Made by a program: the position numbers and the translations under genes
Origin: Alphaproteobacteria bacterium
GTDB taxonomy: Bacteria > Pseudomonadota > Alphaproteobacteria > JAXMDU01
Length of the DNA: 64,000 nucleotides
NCBI GenBank assembly: GCA_046348645.1
Contig: JAXMDU010000007.1
Location: 77,399 to 141,398, forward strand
Direction of reading: 5' to 3'
The notes under the pieces: generated by a model
What the model was told of the DNA's origin: nothing
Databases searched by the model: none
Seen by the model: the letters and a program-made list of their open reading frames with translations, nothing else
Part shown: positions 22,442 through 32,137 of the stretch, one piece after another
How positions within the stretch are numbered: the stretch's first letter is position 1
How the letters are laid out: the number at the start of each line of letters is the position of its first letter

Positions 22442-23479
22442 ATGCGTCGCGCTTTCATCGCACCCGTCCTGGCCGGCGTTCTGAGCGCGGGCTTTGCCGC
22501 ATCGGCAGACGCCCAGCAGATAGTCGCGGGACCAAAGGTCCACTGGAACTTGTCGCTGTTCGGCACCAAGCGCGCGATCACGATGGGCCAGGAAGAGCTG
22601 GCTCGGCGTGTCTCGGAGGCCACGAACGGCAATTTCACGATCCAGATCCATTATGGCGAGGCCCTGGCTGCGCCGAAAGAAAACCTGGACGGGATCGCCA
22701 TTGGCGCTTTCGAGATGACGATGATCGCCACCAGCTACACGCCGGGGCGGCTGCCTGTTGCCGAAGGGCTTGGCCTGCCGTTCCTTCCGACCCCGACGGT
22801 CCATGTGACCCGGCAGGTGCACGAGGCCGTCTTTGCGCATCCTGATTCAAAGCGCGAGCTGGCACGCCTGAACGCGCTGGTCGTGCTGCCCGTGCCGCTG
22901 CCAGCCAACGAGTTCATCGGCAAGGGCAAGGTCCCGGCCACGCTTGCCGACTGGAAGGGCCTTCGGGTCCGGGCCCTGGGCGGCGACGCCCAGGCGATCA
23001 AGAATCTTGGCGCCGTGCCTGCCAATCTGCCGCCGCCAGAAATGTACGGGGCGCTGGACCGAGGCGTGCTTGACGCCGCATCGTCGCCTTATTACTCGCT
23101 GGCCTCCTACAAGCTCCAGGAGGTCACGAAGTGGTACACGACCAACATGGCGCTTTCGGTCACGGCGGCCATGGTGATTGGCAATCTGAAAGCCTATGAA
23201 TCGCTGCCGCCGCAATACAAGAAGCTGATTGCCGATTCCACGGTCCCGGCGCTTGATGTCTACGAGAAGGCGCACGAGCAGGACGGCAAGGCAGCGGTTG
23301 CGGCGTTCCAGGCCAAGGGGCTTACGCCCGTCACCTATCCGGCAGCCGAAATGCAGAAGCTGCAGGCGGCGGCGAAGCCGCTCTGGGGTGAGTGGGTCGA
23401 GAGCGTCACGAAGAAGGGCTACCGGGGCCAGGAAATCCTGCAGTTGATCCTCGACACCGCCCGGAAGGCGACGTCCTGA
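22442..23479 (+). CDS. TRAP transporter substrate-binding protein (DctP-like), orphan
   Basis: It has a signal peptide (MRRAFIAPVLAGVLSAGFAASADA) and the family motif ADWKGLRVRALGG. It is a paralogue of the ORFs at 43424, 48978 and 51383. The ORF-track start at 22421 is also possible. Confidence 0.8.
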   Translation: MRRAFIAPVLAGVLSAGFAASADAQQIVAGPKVHWNLSLFGTKRAITMGQEELARRVSEATNGNFTIQIHYGEALAAPKENLDGIAIGAFEMTMIATSYTPGRLPVAEGLGLPFLPTPTVHVTRQVHEAVFAHPDSKRELARLNALVVLPVPLPANEFIGKGKVPATLADWKGLRVRALGGDAQAIKNLGAVPANLPPPEMYGALDRGVLDAASSPYYSLASYKLQEVTKWYTTNMALSVTAAMVIGNLKAYESLPPQYKKLIADSTVPALDVYEKAHEQDGKAAVAAFQAKGLTPVTYPAAEMQKLQAAAKPLWGEWVESVTKKGYRGQEILQLILDTARKATS

Positions 23480-23644
23480 TTCCACCGCTATGACGACAGT
23501 GGATCATCCGTTTGCTGGGCTGGGATCTGGCGGGCGGGATTCGCGAACCGGTGGGACGCGCCGCACTCTGCCTGCGGGGGGTAGCCGATCACGTCCCGTG
23601 TGTCCACGCCTATGGGCGTGCCATCGCCGAACATCAAGGAGAAT

Positions 23645-24694
23645 ATGATGCGTGTCATCGCGTCGATTCCGCAAGACAACTTGCGCAGCTTTGCCAAAGG
23701 CGCGAAAGCCATGGAAGAGGCCGGTTATGACGTTCTCTTGACCCTTGAGAACAGGAACGACCCCTTCCTGCCGCTGGGCGTGGCGGCGGTGGGGACCGAG
23801 CGGATCGGTCTTGCGACCGGCGTTGCGGTCGCGTTCGCGCGCAGCCCCATGGCGGTGGCCAATATTGGCTGGGATCTGCAGACCGCCTCGGGCGGACGCT
23901 TCGTGCTTGGCCTCGGGCCGCAGGTCAAGGGCCATAACGAGCGCCGCTTCAGCGTCAAGTGGTCCGCGCCGGGCCCGCGCCTGCGTGAATATATCGGCGC
24001 GCTTCGCGCCATCTGGCGCTGCTGGGAAATCGGCGAAAAGCTCGATTACCAGGGCGAGCACTATCAGTTCACCCTGATGACACCCAACTTCACGCCATCC
24101 TCGGCCCATCTTCCGCCGGTGCCGATCACGATCGCTGCCGTCGGGCCGTACATGCTGAACCTGGCTGGCGAGACGTGTGATGGCGTGCGCCTGCACCCCT
24201 TCCTGACCGACCGGTACCTGCGCGAGGAAAGCCTGAAGTCGGTCGAACAGGCCCTGGCCAAAAGCGGCCGCAAGCGCGAAAATTTCGAGGTCACCTGCGG
24301 CATGTTCATCTGCACCGGTCCAGACGATGCCGCTGTCCAGCGCATGCTGGAATGGGCGCGCTATCGCATATCGTTCTACGGTGCGACCCGCACCTATTGG
24401 CCGGTCTTTGAAAAGCATGGCCTGCATGATCTTGGCGAAAAGCTGTATCGCATGTCGGTCGAGGGGAAATGGGACCAGATGCCGAACGAGGTCCCGGACG
24501 ATGTCGTCGAATTGTTCACGATCCACGGACCCCACAAGGTCCTGGCGCGCGCGATCGAAAAGCGCCTGGGGGGCATCGTCGATGCGATTTACGCCAACCT
24601 CAAGAACGATGCCGCACCCGATTTTCCGCCCGGCCTGATCCAGGACATCCAGCGCATTCCAACACCATTCAAGGGATACAAGACCGCCTGGTGA
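23645..24694 (+). CDS. luciferase-like (LLM class) flavin/F420-dependent oxidoreductase
   Basis: An AAGGAG RBS precedes the ATG at 23645. MRVIASIPQDNLRSFAKGAKAMEEAGYDVLLTLEN and the rest resemble LLM-class oxidoreductases. Confidence 0.75.
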   Translation: MMRVIASIPQDNLRSFAKGAKAMEEAGYDVLLTLENRNDPFLPLGVAAVGTERIGLATGVAVAFARSPMAVANIGWDLQTASGGRFVLGLGPQVKGHNERRFSVKWSAPGPRLREYIGALRAIWRCWEIGEKLDYQGEHYQFTLMTPNFTPSSAHLPPVPITIAAVGPYMLNLAGETCDGVRLHPFLTDRYLREESLKSVEQALAKSGRKRENFEVTCGMFICTGPDDAAVQRMLEWARYRISFYGATRTYWPVFEKHGLHDLGEKLYRMSVEGKWDQMPNEVPDDVVELFTIHGPHKVLARAIEKRLGGIVDAIYANLKNDAAPDFPPGLIQDIQRIPTPFKGYKTAW

Positions 24695-24803
24695 CAGGCG
24701 CCGGACGCCGGCGCGCAAAACGCATCGGCAGGTCCGAGTCGAAGGCGGGAACCGGCAGCTTTCGCGACGGCGTGCCGCATCGTTCTACGTTTCAGGGGGC
24801 GCA

Positions 24804-25905
24804 ATGAAGACCAGCGTTTGCGATCTGTTCGGGATCGATGTCCCGATCTTCGGATTCAGCCATTGCCGGAACGTCGTCGCGGCGATCAGCGCGGCCGGGG
24901 GCATGGGTGTCTTCGGCGCGGCGACCTATGCGCCGGACGAGCTTGAGATCGAGCTGCGGTGGTTGGATGAGCATTGCAAGGGGCGCCCCTACGGCGTCAA
25001 TGTCATCATGGCCGGATTCGCGAACCGAGGGGACCTTCCGAGGAACTCGATCGCAAGATCCGCAGGGCCATCGGGATTTCATCGAGACGCTGAACAAGCA
25101 GTTCCACATCCCGCCGCTGCGCAGGACGCCCCGCCGCCGGCATCGATCTGCAGAACATGGAATTGAAAGCACCCATGGCTGGGCCCGTCCCCAGCTCGAT
25201 GTCGTGTGGCGCCACGTCCAGGCTGCTGGTTTCGGCCCTCGGGCCCGGCCCCGGCTCGACATTGTCGCTCGGGCGCGCAGGCGTAGCATCAGGATCGGCG
25301 GCATGACGGGGGCAAGGACGGCATGCCAGGAAGCATGTCGCCGCCGGGGCGGATCTGGTGATCGCGGCCGGCAATGAGGGCGCGGGTCACAACGGTGACG
25401 TGTCATCCATGGTGCTGATCGGAAGTGGTCGATGCCGCTGGCGATGTGCCTGTGCTGGCGGCCGGGGGCATCGGAAGCGGGCGCCAGATTGCCGCGGCGC
25501 TGGCGCTGGGCGCCCAGGGCGTGTGGATGGGATCGATCTGGCTCACGACCTTCGAGTCCGGACCCTGGACGAAGTGTCGATCGCATTCTCAAGGCCGATT
25601 CGCACGAGACTGTCCGCACGACGGCATGGAGCGGCAAACCCACCCGTGTCCTGCGGACACCCTGGTTCGATACCTGGACGAAGACGATGCGCCAAAAACG
25701 CTGGGGACACCGCTGCAGCGCATGTTGATCGCGCCGGCCTTCCGGCGGATCGTTGAGGCCAGCGAGCCGATCATGTGCGTGGCCGAGAGGCCGGTTGCTC
25801 GGCCAGATCAAGGAACGGAAGCAGGTGCGGGACGTGATGTTCGACCTGCAGCGGGAATATCTCGATGCGATGGCCCGCTTGAGCGCGATCCACCCGGCGA
25901 GCTAG
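24804..25905 (+). pseudogene. nitronate monooxygenase (NMO/2-nitropropane dioxygenase family), copy 1, at least 5 frameshifts
   Basis: Pieces in three frames align with the paralogue at 34901-36009: MKTSVCDLFGIDVPIFGFSHCRNVV, PQGHRDFIETLNKQFHIPPL, IAAGNEGAGHNGDVSSMVLI, VDAAGDVPVLAAGGIGSGRQIAAALALGAQGVWMGS and LGTPLQRMLIAPAFRRIV. The stop is at 25903-25905. Confidence 0.85.
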
Positions 25906-26198
25906 GGGCGGCAAGCTGACACTATTGGTTTAATTTTATACCCGCTTCCGCCAGGGCCGGGAGCCGACCAGGCGACGCGGATCGAATACAAATGCTGAAA
26001 AATTGTGCAATGCGATTGTTCTGCCTATAAATTGCGCATGCTTCGGGCCTGGTTTCGGGCCGCCTAATTCAAAAATAATCTAGTAAAAACAACGTTATGT
26101 GATCGTCCTCGAGCTTGGCACGGGATTTGCAATGCAAGTTCTGTTGCGGCGCACCATTTTGCCGCGGCTGATGAGCCAGGGGAGTGATCGATGGCAGA

Positions 26199-26228
26199 CC
26201 GGATCGGAATACGCCGGATCGGGATACG
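26199..26228. repeat. 15-nt tandem duplication in the nrtA leader (ccggatcggaatacg / ccggatcgggatacg)
   Basis: Two adjacent units with one mismatch, 32 nt upstream of the nrtA ATG. Confidence 0.8.
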
Positions 26229-26259
26229 AAAGACGGACAGCAAGGCCGCGATCCGCACC

Positions 26260-27549
26260 ATGTCGCGGCGGGCCTTGCTGCGGGGCGGGGCAAGGCTTGC
26301 CGGAACGGCGGCCATCCTGTCGGCGGCGCGCGCGGCGTTTCCGGCCGGTGTCTTTGCTGAGGGCGCGGGACCCGAGATCAAGAAGGCGACGTTCGGTTAT
26401 ATCGCCCTGACCGATGCCTCGCCCCTCATCATCGCGAAGGAAAAAGGGTTCTTCGCCAAGCACGGCCTGCCCGATGTCGAGATCGCCAAGCAGGCGTCGT
26501 GGGGCACGACGCGCGACAATCTTGTTCTTGGCTCGGGCGCAGGCGGGCTGGACGGCGCCCATATCCTGACCCCGATGCCGTATCTCCTGAGCACGGGCGC
26601 CATCGTCCAGAACAATCAGCCGGTGCCGATGTACATCCTGGCACGGCTCAACCTCGATGCGCAGGCGATCTCGGTTGCGAAAGAATATCTCGGCACAGGC
26701 GCCAAGCTCGATTCCAGCGCACTGAAGAACGCGTTTGCCAGGAAGATCGCTGCCGGCAAGGAAGTCAAAGCCGCGATGACGTTTCGCGGCGGCACCCATG
26801 ACCTGTGGATTCGCTATTGGCTGGCGGCCGGCGGCATCGACCCTGACAAGGATGTGCAGACCGTCGTCGTTCCACCCCCCCAGATGGTGGCCAACATGAA
26901 GGTGGGCACCATGGATGTGTTCTGCGTCGGCGAGCCGTGGAACGCCCAGCTTGTCAACCAGGGGATCGGCTTCACGGCCCTGAATACGGGCGAGCTTTGG
27001 AACAGGCATCCAGAGAAAAGCTTCGCCGTCCGGGCCGACTGGGCTGACCGCAATCCGCGTGCCGCGCTGGCCGCCCTTGCCGCCGTGCAGGAAGCGCAGA
27101 TGTGGTGCGACAGGGACGAGAACAAGGACGAAAAATGCCAGATCGTCAGCCGCCGGGCCTGGTTCAATGTGCCGGTCGACGATATCGCCGGCCGGGCCAA
27201 GGGCACGATCGACTATGGCGATGGCCGCAAGATCACCGGCAGCCCGCATCTGATGAAGTTCTGGCGCGACCATGCGTCCTATCCGTTCCGCAGCCACGAT
27301 TTGTGGTTCCTGACCGAAGACATTCGCTGGGGCGTCCTGCCGCCCGAGACCGACACCAGGGCCTTGATCGCCAGGGTCAATCGCGAAGACCTGTGGCGGG
27401 AAGCGGCGAAACACGCGGGCGTCTCTGCCACCGATATCCCGGCCGGCTCCTCGCGCGGCAGGGAGACGTTCTTTGACGGCATCGTCTTCGATCCCGACAA
27501 GCCGCTCGATTACCTGAGATCGCTTGCCATCAAGCGGGCATCGGTCTGA
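26260..27549 (+). CDS. nrtA: nitrate/nitrite ABC transporter substrate-binding protein
   Basis: It has a Tat-type signal (MSRRALLRGGARLAGTAAIL) and a NrtA/CmpA-like body. It is the first gene of the nrt-nirBD-nasA cluster. Confidence 0.88.
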   Translation: MSRRALLRGGARLAGTAAILSAARAAFPAGVFAEGAGPEIKKATFGYIALTDASPLIIAKEKGFFAKHGLPDVEIAKQASWGTTRDNLVLGSGAGGLDGAHILTPMPYLLSTGAIVQNNQPVPMYILARLNLDAQAISVAKEYLGTGAKLDSSALKNAFARKIAAGKEVKAAMTFRGGTHDLWIRYWLAAGGIDPDKDVQTVVVPPPQMVANMKVGTMDVFCVGEPWNAQLVNQGIGFTALNTGELWNRHPEKSFAVRADWADRNPRAALAALAAVQEAQMWCDRDENKDEKCQIVSRRAWFNVPVDDIAGRAKGTIDYGDGRKITGSPHLMKFWRDHASYPFRSHDLWFLTEDIRWGVLPPETDTRALIARVNREDLWREAAKHAGVSATDIPAGSSRGRETFFDGIVFDPDKPLDYLRSLAIKRASV

Positions 27550-27583
27550 CCCGGATCGGATCGCGGACATCAGGAGGAATAGC

Positions 27584-28471
27584 GTGACCAGTGCCGCACG
27601 TTCTGCCCCGAATGTTTCCGCACCGCCATCGGCCGGTGTGGTCATCGCCCTGCGGCCCCTGGGATGGCGGTGGCGCAAGGGGGCCGCCCTGCTGGGCTCG
27701 ACGGTCCACCGTTTCCTGCCGCTCCTGGTCACGATCGGTGCCCTGGTGGGCGCGTGGGAACTGGCCTGCGCGGGGGCTGGCTCCTCGCTGCCGCCGCCGT
27801 CCAAGGTGGTGGCCGATACCTGGGAGCTGATCAGCGATCCGTTCTTCGATCGGGGCGGGCTCGACAAGGGCTTGTTCTGGCACCTGCTTGCAAGCCTGAA
27901 GCGTGTCGCCGTCGGCTATGCGTTCGCGGCCATCATCGGCATCGGCCTTGGTGTCCTGATCGGCCAGAGCACGATAGCCCTGCGCGGCCTGGACCCGGTT
28001 TTCCAGGTCCTGCGCACGGTGCCGCCACTCGCCTGGCTGCCCCTTTCGCTGGCCGCCTTCCGCGACGCCGATCCGGCGGCCATCTTCGTCATCTTCATCA
28101 CGGCGGTCTGGCCGGTCATCATCAACACCGCCGTTGGTGTCCGCCATATTCCGCTCGACTACCAGAACGTGGCGCGCGTGCTTCGTCTCAATCCGTTCGA
28201 GTATTTCTGGCGGATCACGCTGCCGGCCAGCATGCCCTACATGTTCACCGGTCTTAAGATCGGGGTCGGCCTGTCGTGGCTTGCGATCGTGGCGGCCGAG
28301 ATGCTGATCGGCGGCGTCGGGATCGGCTTCTTTATCTGGGATGCATGGAACAGTTCGCTGGTGAGCGACATCATCGTTGCGCTCATTTATGTCGGCCTTG
28401 TGGGGTTCATGCTTGATCGTCTGATCACCCTGCTTGGCCGGGCCATCGCGCACGGAACCGCGGTGACCTAG
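27584..28471 (+). CDS. nrtB: nitrate ABC transporter permease
   Basis: A GTG at 27584 is preceded by an AGGAGG RBS. The protein has a BPD-type permease core (WLAIVAAEMLIGGVGIGFFIWD). Confidence 0.88.
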   Translation: MTSAARSAPNVSAPPSAGVVIALRPLGWRWRKGAALLGSTVHRFLPLLVTIGALVGAWELACAGAGSSLPPPSKVVADTWELISDPFFDRGGLDKGLFWHLLASLKRVAVGYAFAAIIGIGLGVLIGQSTIALRGLDPVFQVLRTVPPLAWLPLSLAAFRDADPAAIFVIFITAVWPVIINTAVGVRHIPLDYQNVARVLRLNPFEYFWRITLPASMPYMFTGLKIGVGLSWLAIVAAEMLIGGVGIGFFIWDAWNSSLVSDIIVALIYVGLVGFMLDRLITLLGRAIAHGTAVT

Positions 28472-28502
28472 GCGGACACCGGGCCACGCCAAGGAGGATG
28501 AC

Positions 28503-29291
28503 ATGCGAAGCTATCTGAGCATCGAGAACGTCGAGATGAACTTTGGCGGCTTTGCGGCCTTGCAGTCTGTCAATCTCAAGATCGAGAACGGCGAATTCGT
28601 CGCCTTGATCGGACATTCGGGCTGCGGCAAATCGACCCTGCTCAACATCATCGCGGGTCTGTTGGAACCAACGTCCGGCGTGGTCCTCCTTGATGGCCAG
28701 GTCGTCGATGCGCCGGGTCCGGATCGGGCGGTGGTCTTTCAGAACCATTCGCTGCTTCCCTGGCTGACGGTCTATGAGAACGTCCGTCTGGCGGTTGACA
28801 AGACCATGGGGCGAACGCGCAGCCGCTCGGATCGCCATGACTGGACGCTGCGCCAGCTTGAACTCGTCCAGATGGCGGATGCGCGCGGCAAGCGGCCGGC
28901 CGAAATTTCGGGCGGCATGAAACAGCGGGTCGGGATCGCGCGGGCCCTGGCGATGGAACCCAAGATCCTGCTGCTCGACGAGCCGTTCGGGGCGCTGGAT
29001 GCGCTGACCCGGGCCCATCTCCAGGACTCGGTGATGGAGATCCACGCGGCGCTGGGCAATACCATCGTCATGATCACCCACGATGTCGACGAGGCCGTTC
29101 TTCTGTCCGACCGGGTGGTGATGATGACCAACGGGCCGGCGGCAACGATCGGCGATGTGCTTGCGGTCGGACTGTCCCGGCCACGCCATCGCCTCGATCT
29201 GGCCCAGGATGGCCGCTATATGCACTGCCGCGGCGAGATTCTCCGCTTCCTTTATGAGCGGCAGAAAGTCCGCCCAGTGAAGGTGGCCTGA
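28503..29291 (+). CDS. nitrate ABC transporter ATP-binding protein (short NrtD/NasD-like)
   Basis: Walker A (GHSGCGKST), the signature LSGGMKQRVGIARAL variant (ISGGMKQRVGIARAL) and Walker B (LLLDEP). Confidence 0.88.
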   Translation: MRSYLSIENVEMNFGGFAALQSVNLKIENGEFVALIGHSGCGKSTLLNIIAGLLEPTSGVVLLDGQVVDAPGPDRAVVFQNHSLLPWLTVYENVRLAVDKTMGRTRSRSDRHDWTLRQLELVQMADARGKRPAEISGGMKQRVGIARALAMEPKILLLDEPFGALDALTRAHLQDSVMEIHAALGNTIVMITHDVDEAVLLSDRVVMMTNGPAATIGDVLAVGLSRPRHRLDLAQDGRYMHCRGEILRFLYERQKVRPVKVA

Positions 29292-29293
29292 TC

Positions 29294-31771
29294 ATGCCCG
29301 ACGCAAGCAACCTGAACACGACCGGACGGGCGCGCCAGCGCCTGGTGGTGGTGGGGAACGGCATGGCCGGCATGCGAACTGTCGAGGACCTGCTTGAACG
29401 GGCCCCGGATCTTTATCAGATCACGGTGTTCGGGTCCGAGCCTTACGGCAATTACAACCGCATCCTGCTGTCGCCGGTGCTGGCCGGCGAAAAGACCATC
29501 GATCAGATCATGCTGAATGACGATGGCTGGTATCGGGATCACGGGATCACGCTCTACAAAGGCAAGACCGTGACCCGGATCGACCGGCGAAACCGGCGGG
29601 TGCTTGCCTCCGATGGCACCGAGGCGCCCTATGACCGGCTGCTGATGGCGACCGGTTCGGTTCCCTTCATGGTCCCGATTCCGGGTATCGATCTGGACGG
29701 TGTCATCACGTTCCGTGATATCGCGGACGTCAACGCGATGGTGGCGGCTTCGCGGTGCCACAAGAACGCGGTTGTCATTGGCGGCGGCCTTCTTGGCCTT
29801 GAAGCCGCCAACGGTCTTTTGCGGCGGGGCATGGCGGTGACCGTCATTCATCGTGTTGACGTGTTGATGGAACGCCAGCTGGATATGGTCGCCGGCGATC
29901 TGCTGCGCCGGTCGCTGGTGGATCGGTCGCTCAGGTTCGAGATGTCGGCCGAGACAACCGCCATTATCGGCAATGGCCGCGTTGCCGGCGTGCGTCTGGC
30001 AGACGGGCGCGATATTCCAGCCGACATCGTTGTCATGGCGGTGGGCATCCGGCCCAATATCAGCCTTGCGCAGTCGGCTGGGCTCCATTGCGAACGAGGC
30101 GTCGTCGTCGGCGACACCATGCAGACTTTCGACCCACGCATCTATGCGGTGGGTGAATGCGTCCAGCACCGGGGCCAGACCTATGGCCTTGTTGCGCCGC
30201 TGTTCGAGCAGGCCAAGGTCTGTGCCAATCAGCTGGCCGAGATGGGCTATGCCCAGTATTCGGGCTCGGTCACGGCGACCCGTCTCAAGGTGACCGGTAT
30301 CGATGTGTTCTCGGCCGGGACATTCACGGGCGGCGGCGACAGCGAAGAGATCGTGTTCCACGATGCCGGCCGGGGTGTCTATCGCAAGGTTGTGCTGGCC
30401 GACAATAAGGTGCTGGGGGCGATCGCCTATGGCGATACGACCGACAGTGCCTGGTATTTCCAGCTGATGCGGGACGGCATTGACGTTTCGGCCCTCCGCG
30501 AGCGGCTGCTGTTCGGGCGCGCCCATACCGGCAATTCGGGCCATGCCGGCGACAACGCCGTCAGCACCATGAGCGACAGCACCGAGGTCTGCGGCTGCAA
30601 TGGCGTCTCCAAGGGCCAGATCGTCGCCGCCATCAGCGCGAAAAAGCTGTTCACGCTGCAGGACGTGCGGGCCCACACCAAGGCATCGTCATCCTGCGGG
30701 TCGTGCACCGGCCTGGTCGAGCGGATCCTGGCCAGCACCTTGGGCGGCGAATACACGGCGACACCCAAAGTGCAGCCTGTCTGCCGCTGCACTGAATGTT
30801 CGCACGCCGATGTGCGCCGGACCATTCGCGATGAGGGGCTGAAAACCATCCCCGACGTGATGCGGGTCCTGGACTGGAAGACGCCGGATGGCTGCCACAA
30901 GTGCCGGCCCGCCATCAACTATTACCTGCTCTGTGCCTGGCCGGGCGAGTATCGGGACGACCAGCAGTCACGCTTCATCAACGAGCGGGCGCACGCCAAC
31001 ATCCAGAAGGATGGCACCTATTCGGTGGTGCCGCGCATGTGGGGGGGCGTGACCACGCCATCCGAGCTGCGGGCGATTGCCGATGTCGCCGAGCGGTATG
31101 CAATTCCGACTGTCAAGATCACCGGCGGCCAGCGCATCGACCTGCTGGGCGTGAAAAAGGAGAACCTGCCCTCGGTCTGGGGTGCCCTCAATGCGGCGGG
31201 GCTGGTTTCCGGTCACGCCTATGGCAAGGCCTTGCGGACGGTGAAGACCTGCGTCGGATCGGAATGGTGCCGTTTCGGGGTCCAGGATTCGACCGCCATG
31301 GGCATCGCGCTCGAAAAGATGTGCTGGGGGACCTGGACTCCGCACAAGTTCAAGATGGCGGTCTCGGGCTGCCCTCGGAATTGCGCCGAGGCCACCATCA
31401 AGGATTTTGGTGTCGTTGCGGTCGATTCGGGCTGGGAACTGCATGTCGGCGGCAATGGCGGGGTCAAGGTTCGGACGACCGACCTTTTGTGCAAGGTGAA
31501 GACGCCGGACGAGGTGCTCGAATTCTGCGGCGCCTTCATCCAGCTCTATCGCGAGGAAGCGAACTATCTCGAACGGACCGCGCCGTGGGTCGAGCGAGTT
31601 GGGCTCAATTACGTCAAGCAGCGGGTGGTCGAGGATGCCGAAGGGCGGCGCCGGTTGCACCAGCGGTTTCTCTATTCGCAGACATTCTCGCAGCGGGACC
31701 CCTGGGCCGAGCGCGCCAGGGACGGGCACGATCGGCACGAGTTCGAGCCCTTGGTGGTTGCGGCGGAGTAG
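29294..31771 (+). CDS. nirB: NAD(P)H-dependent assimilatory nitrite reductase large subunit
   Basis: 825 aa with an FAD/NAD Rossmann N-terminus (VVVGNGMAG), a BFD-like 2Fe-2S segment and a siroheme/4Fe-4S domain (CVGSEWCRFG, SGCPRNCAEA). Confidence 0.92.
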   Translation: MPDASNLNTTGRARQRLVVVGNGMAGMRTVEDLLERAPDLYQITVFGSEPYGNYNRILLSPVLAGEKTIDQIMLNDDGWYRDHGITLYKGKTVTRIDRRNRRVLASDGTEAPYDRLLMATGSVPFMVPIPGIDLDGVITFRDIADVNAMVAASRCHKNAVVIGGGLLGLEAANGLLRRGMAVTVIHRVDVLMERQLDMVAGDLLRRSLVDRSLRFEMSAETTAIIGNGRVAGVRLADGRDIPADIVVMAVGIRPNISLAQSAGLHCERGVVVGDTMQTFDPRIYAVGECVQHRGQTYGLVAPLFEQAKVCANQLAEMGYAQYSGSVTATRLKVTGIDVFSAGTFTGGGDSEEIVFHDAGRGVYRKVVLADNKVLGAIAYGDTTDSAWYFQLMRDGIDVSALRERLLFGRAHTGNSGHAGDNAVSTMSDSTEVCGCNGVSKGQIVAAISAKKLFTLQDVRAHTKASSSCGSCTGLVERILASTLGGEYTATPKVQPVCRCTECSHADVRRTIRDEGLKTIPDVMRVLDWKTPDGCHKCRPAINYYLLCAWPGEYRDDQQSRFINERAHANIQKDGTYSVVPRMWGGVTTPSELRAIADVAERYAIPTVKITGGQRIDLLGVKKENLPSVWGALNAAGLVSGHAYGKALRTVKTCVGSEWCRFGVQDSTAMGIALEKMCWGTWTPHKFKMAVSGCPRNCAEATIKDFGVVAVDSGWELHVGGNGGVKVRTTDLLCKVKTPDEVLEFCGAFIQLYREEANYLERTAPWVERVGLNYVKQRVVEDAEGRRRLHQRFLYSQTFSQRDPWAERARDGHDRHEFEPLVVAAE

Positions 31772-31774
31772 GTC

Positions 31775-32137
31775 ATGGCAGGCTGGCTGGCAATCTGCCG
31801 CAGCGACGAGATCCCGCGCCAGGGTGCGCGGGTCGTCTGCGGCCCCGATGGTCCGATCGCCGTTTTCCGAACTGGCGATGACCGCTACTTTGCGCTTGCA
31901 GACCGCTGTCCGCACCGGGGCGGGCCGTTGTCACAGGGAATCGTCCATGGCGATCGCGTCACCTGCCCGTTGCACGAGTGGATGATCGACCTTGGCAGCG
32001 GCATGGCGGTCGCACCGGATGACGGTGCGACGGCGTCCTATCCGGTGCAGATCGAGGCCGGCTTGGTCATGCTCAGGCTGGATGCGGTCCGACCGGCCTG
32101 TTCAACGGCTGTGCCAGCCATCGGGTTGGCGCCGTGA
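31775..32137 (+). CDS. nirD: nitrite reductase small subunit (Rieske-like fold)
   Basis: 120 aa with FALADRCPHRGGPLSQG...CPLHEW. It lies immediately after nirB. Confidence 0.88.
   Translation: MAGWLAICRSDEIPRQGARVVCGPDGPIAVFRTGDDRYFALADRCPHRGGPLSQGIVHGDRVTCPLHEWMIDLGSGMAVAPDDGATASYPVQIEAGLVMLRLDAVRPACSTAVPAIGLAP

Noticed and set aside
26080-26259. ANTAR/NasT-type dual-hairpin antitermination leader upstream of nrtA
   Set aside because: I could only find a weak 5-bp stem (gcggc...gccgc) and the 15-nt tandem repeat. There are no two hexaloop hairpins, no terminator and no nasST in the window.
26095-27867. 590-aa minus-strand ORF opposite nrtA/nrtB
   Set aside because: It has the same antisense high-GC artefact composition (Arg/Gly/Pro/Ala-rich). 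The plus strand encodes clear NrtA and NrtB.
29252-30676. 474-aa minus-strand ORF opposite nirB. Similar long antisense ORFs occur at 9852-11000, 13701-14771, 23504-24718, 36420-37760, 41280-42578, 45782-46828 and 60680-61714.
   Set aside because: All lie antisense to confidently identified genes and have the skewed composition of GC-rich antisense frames. None shows a recognisable motif.
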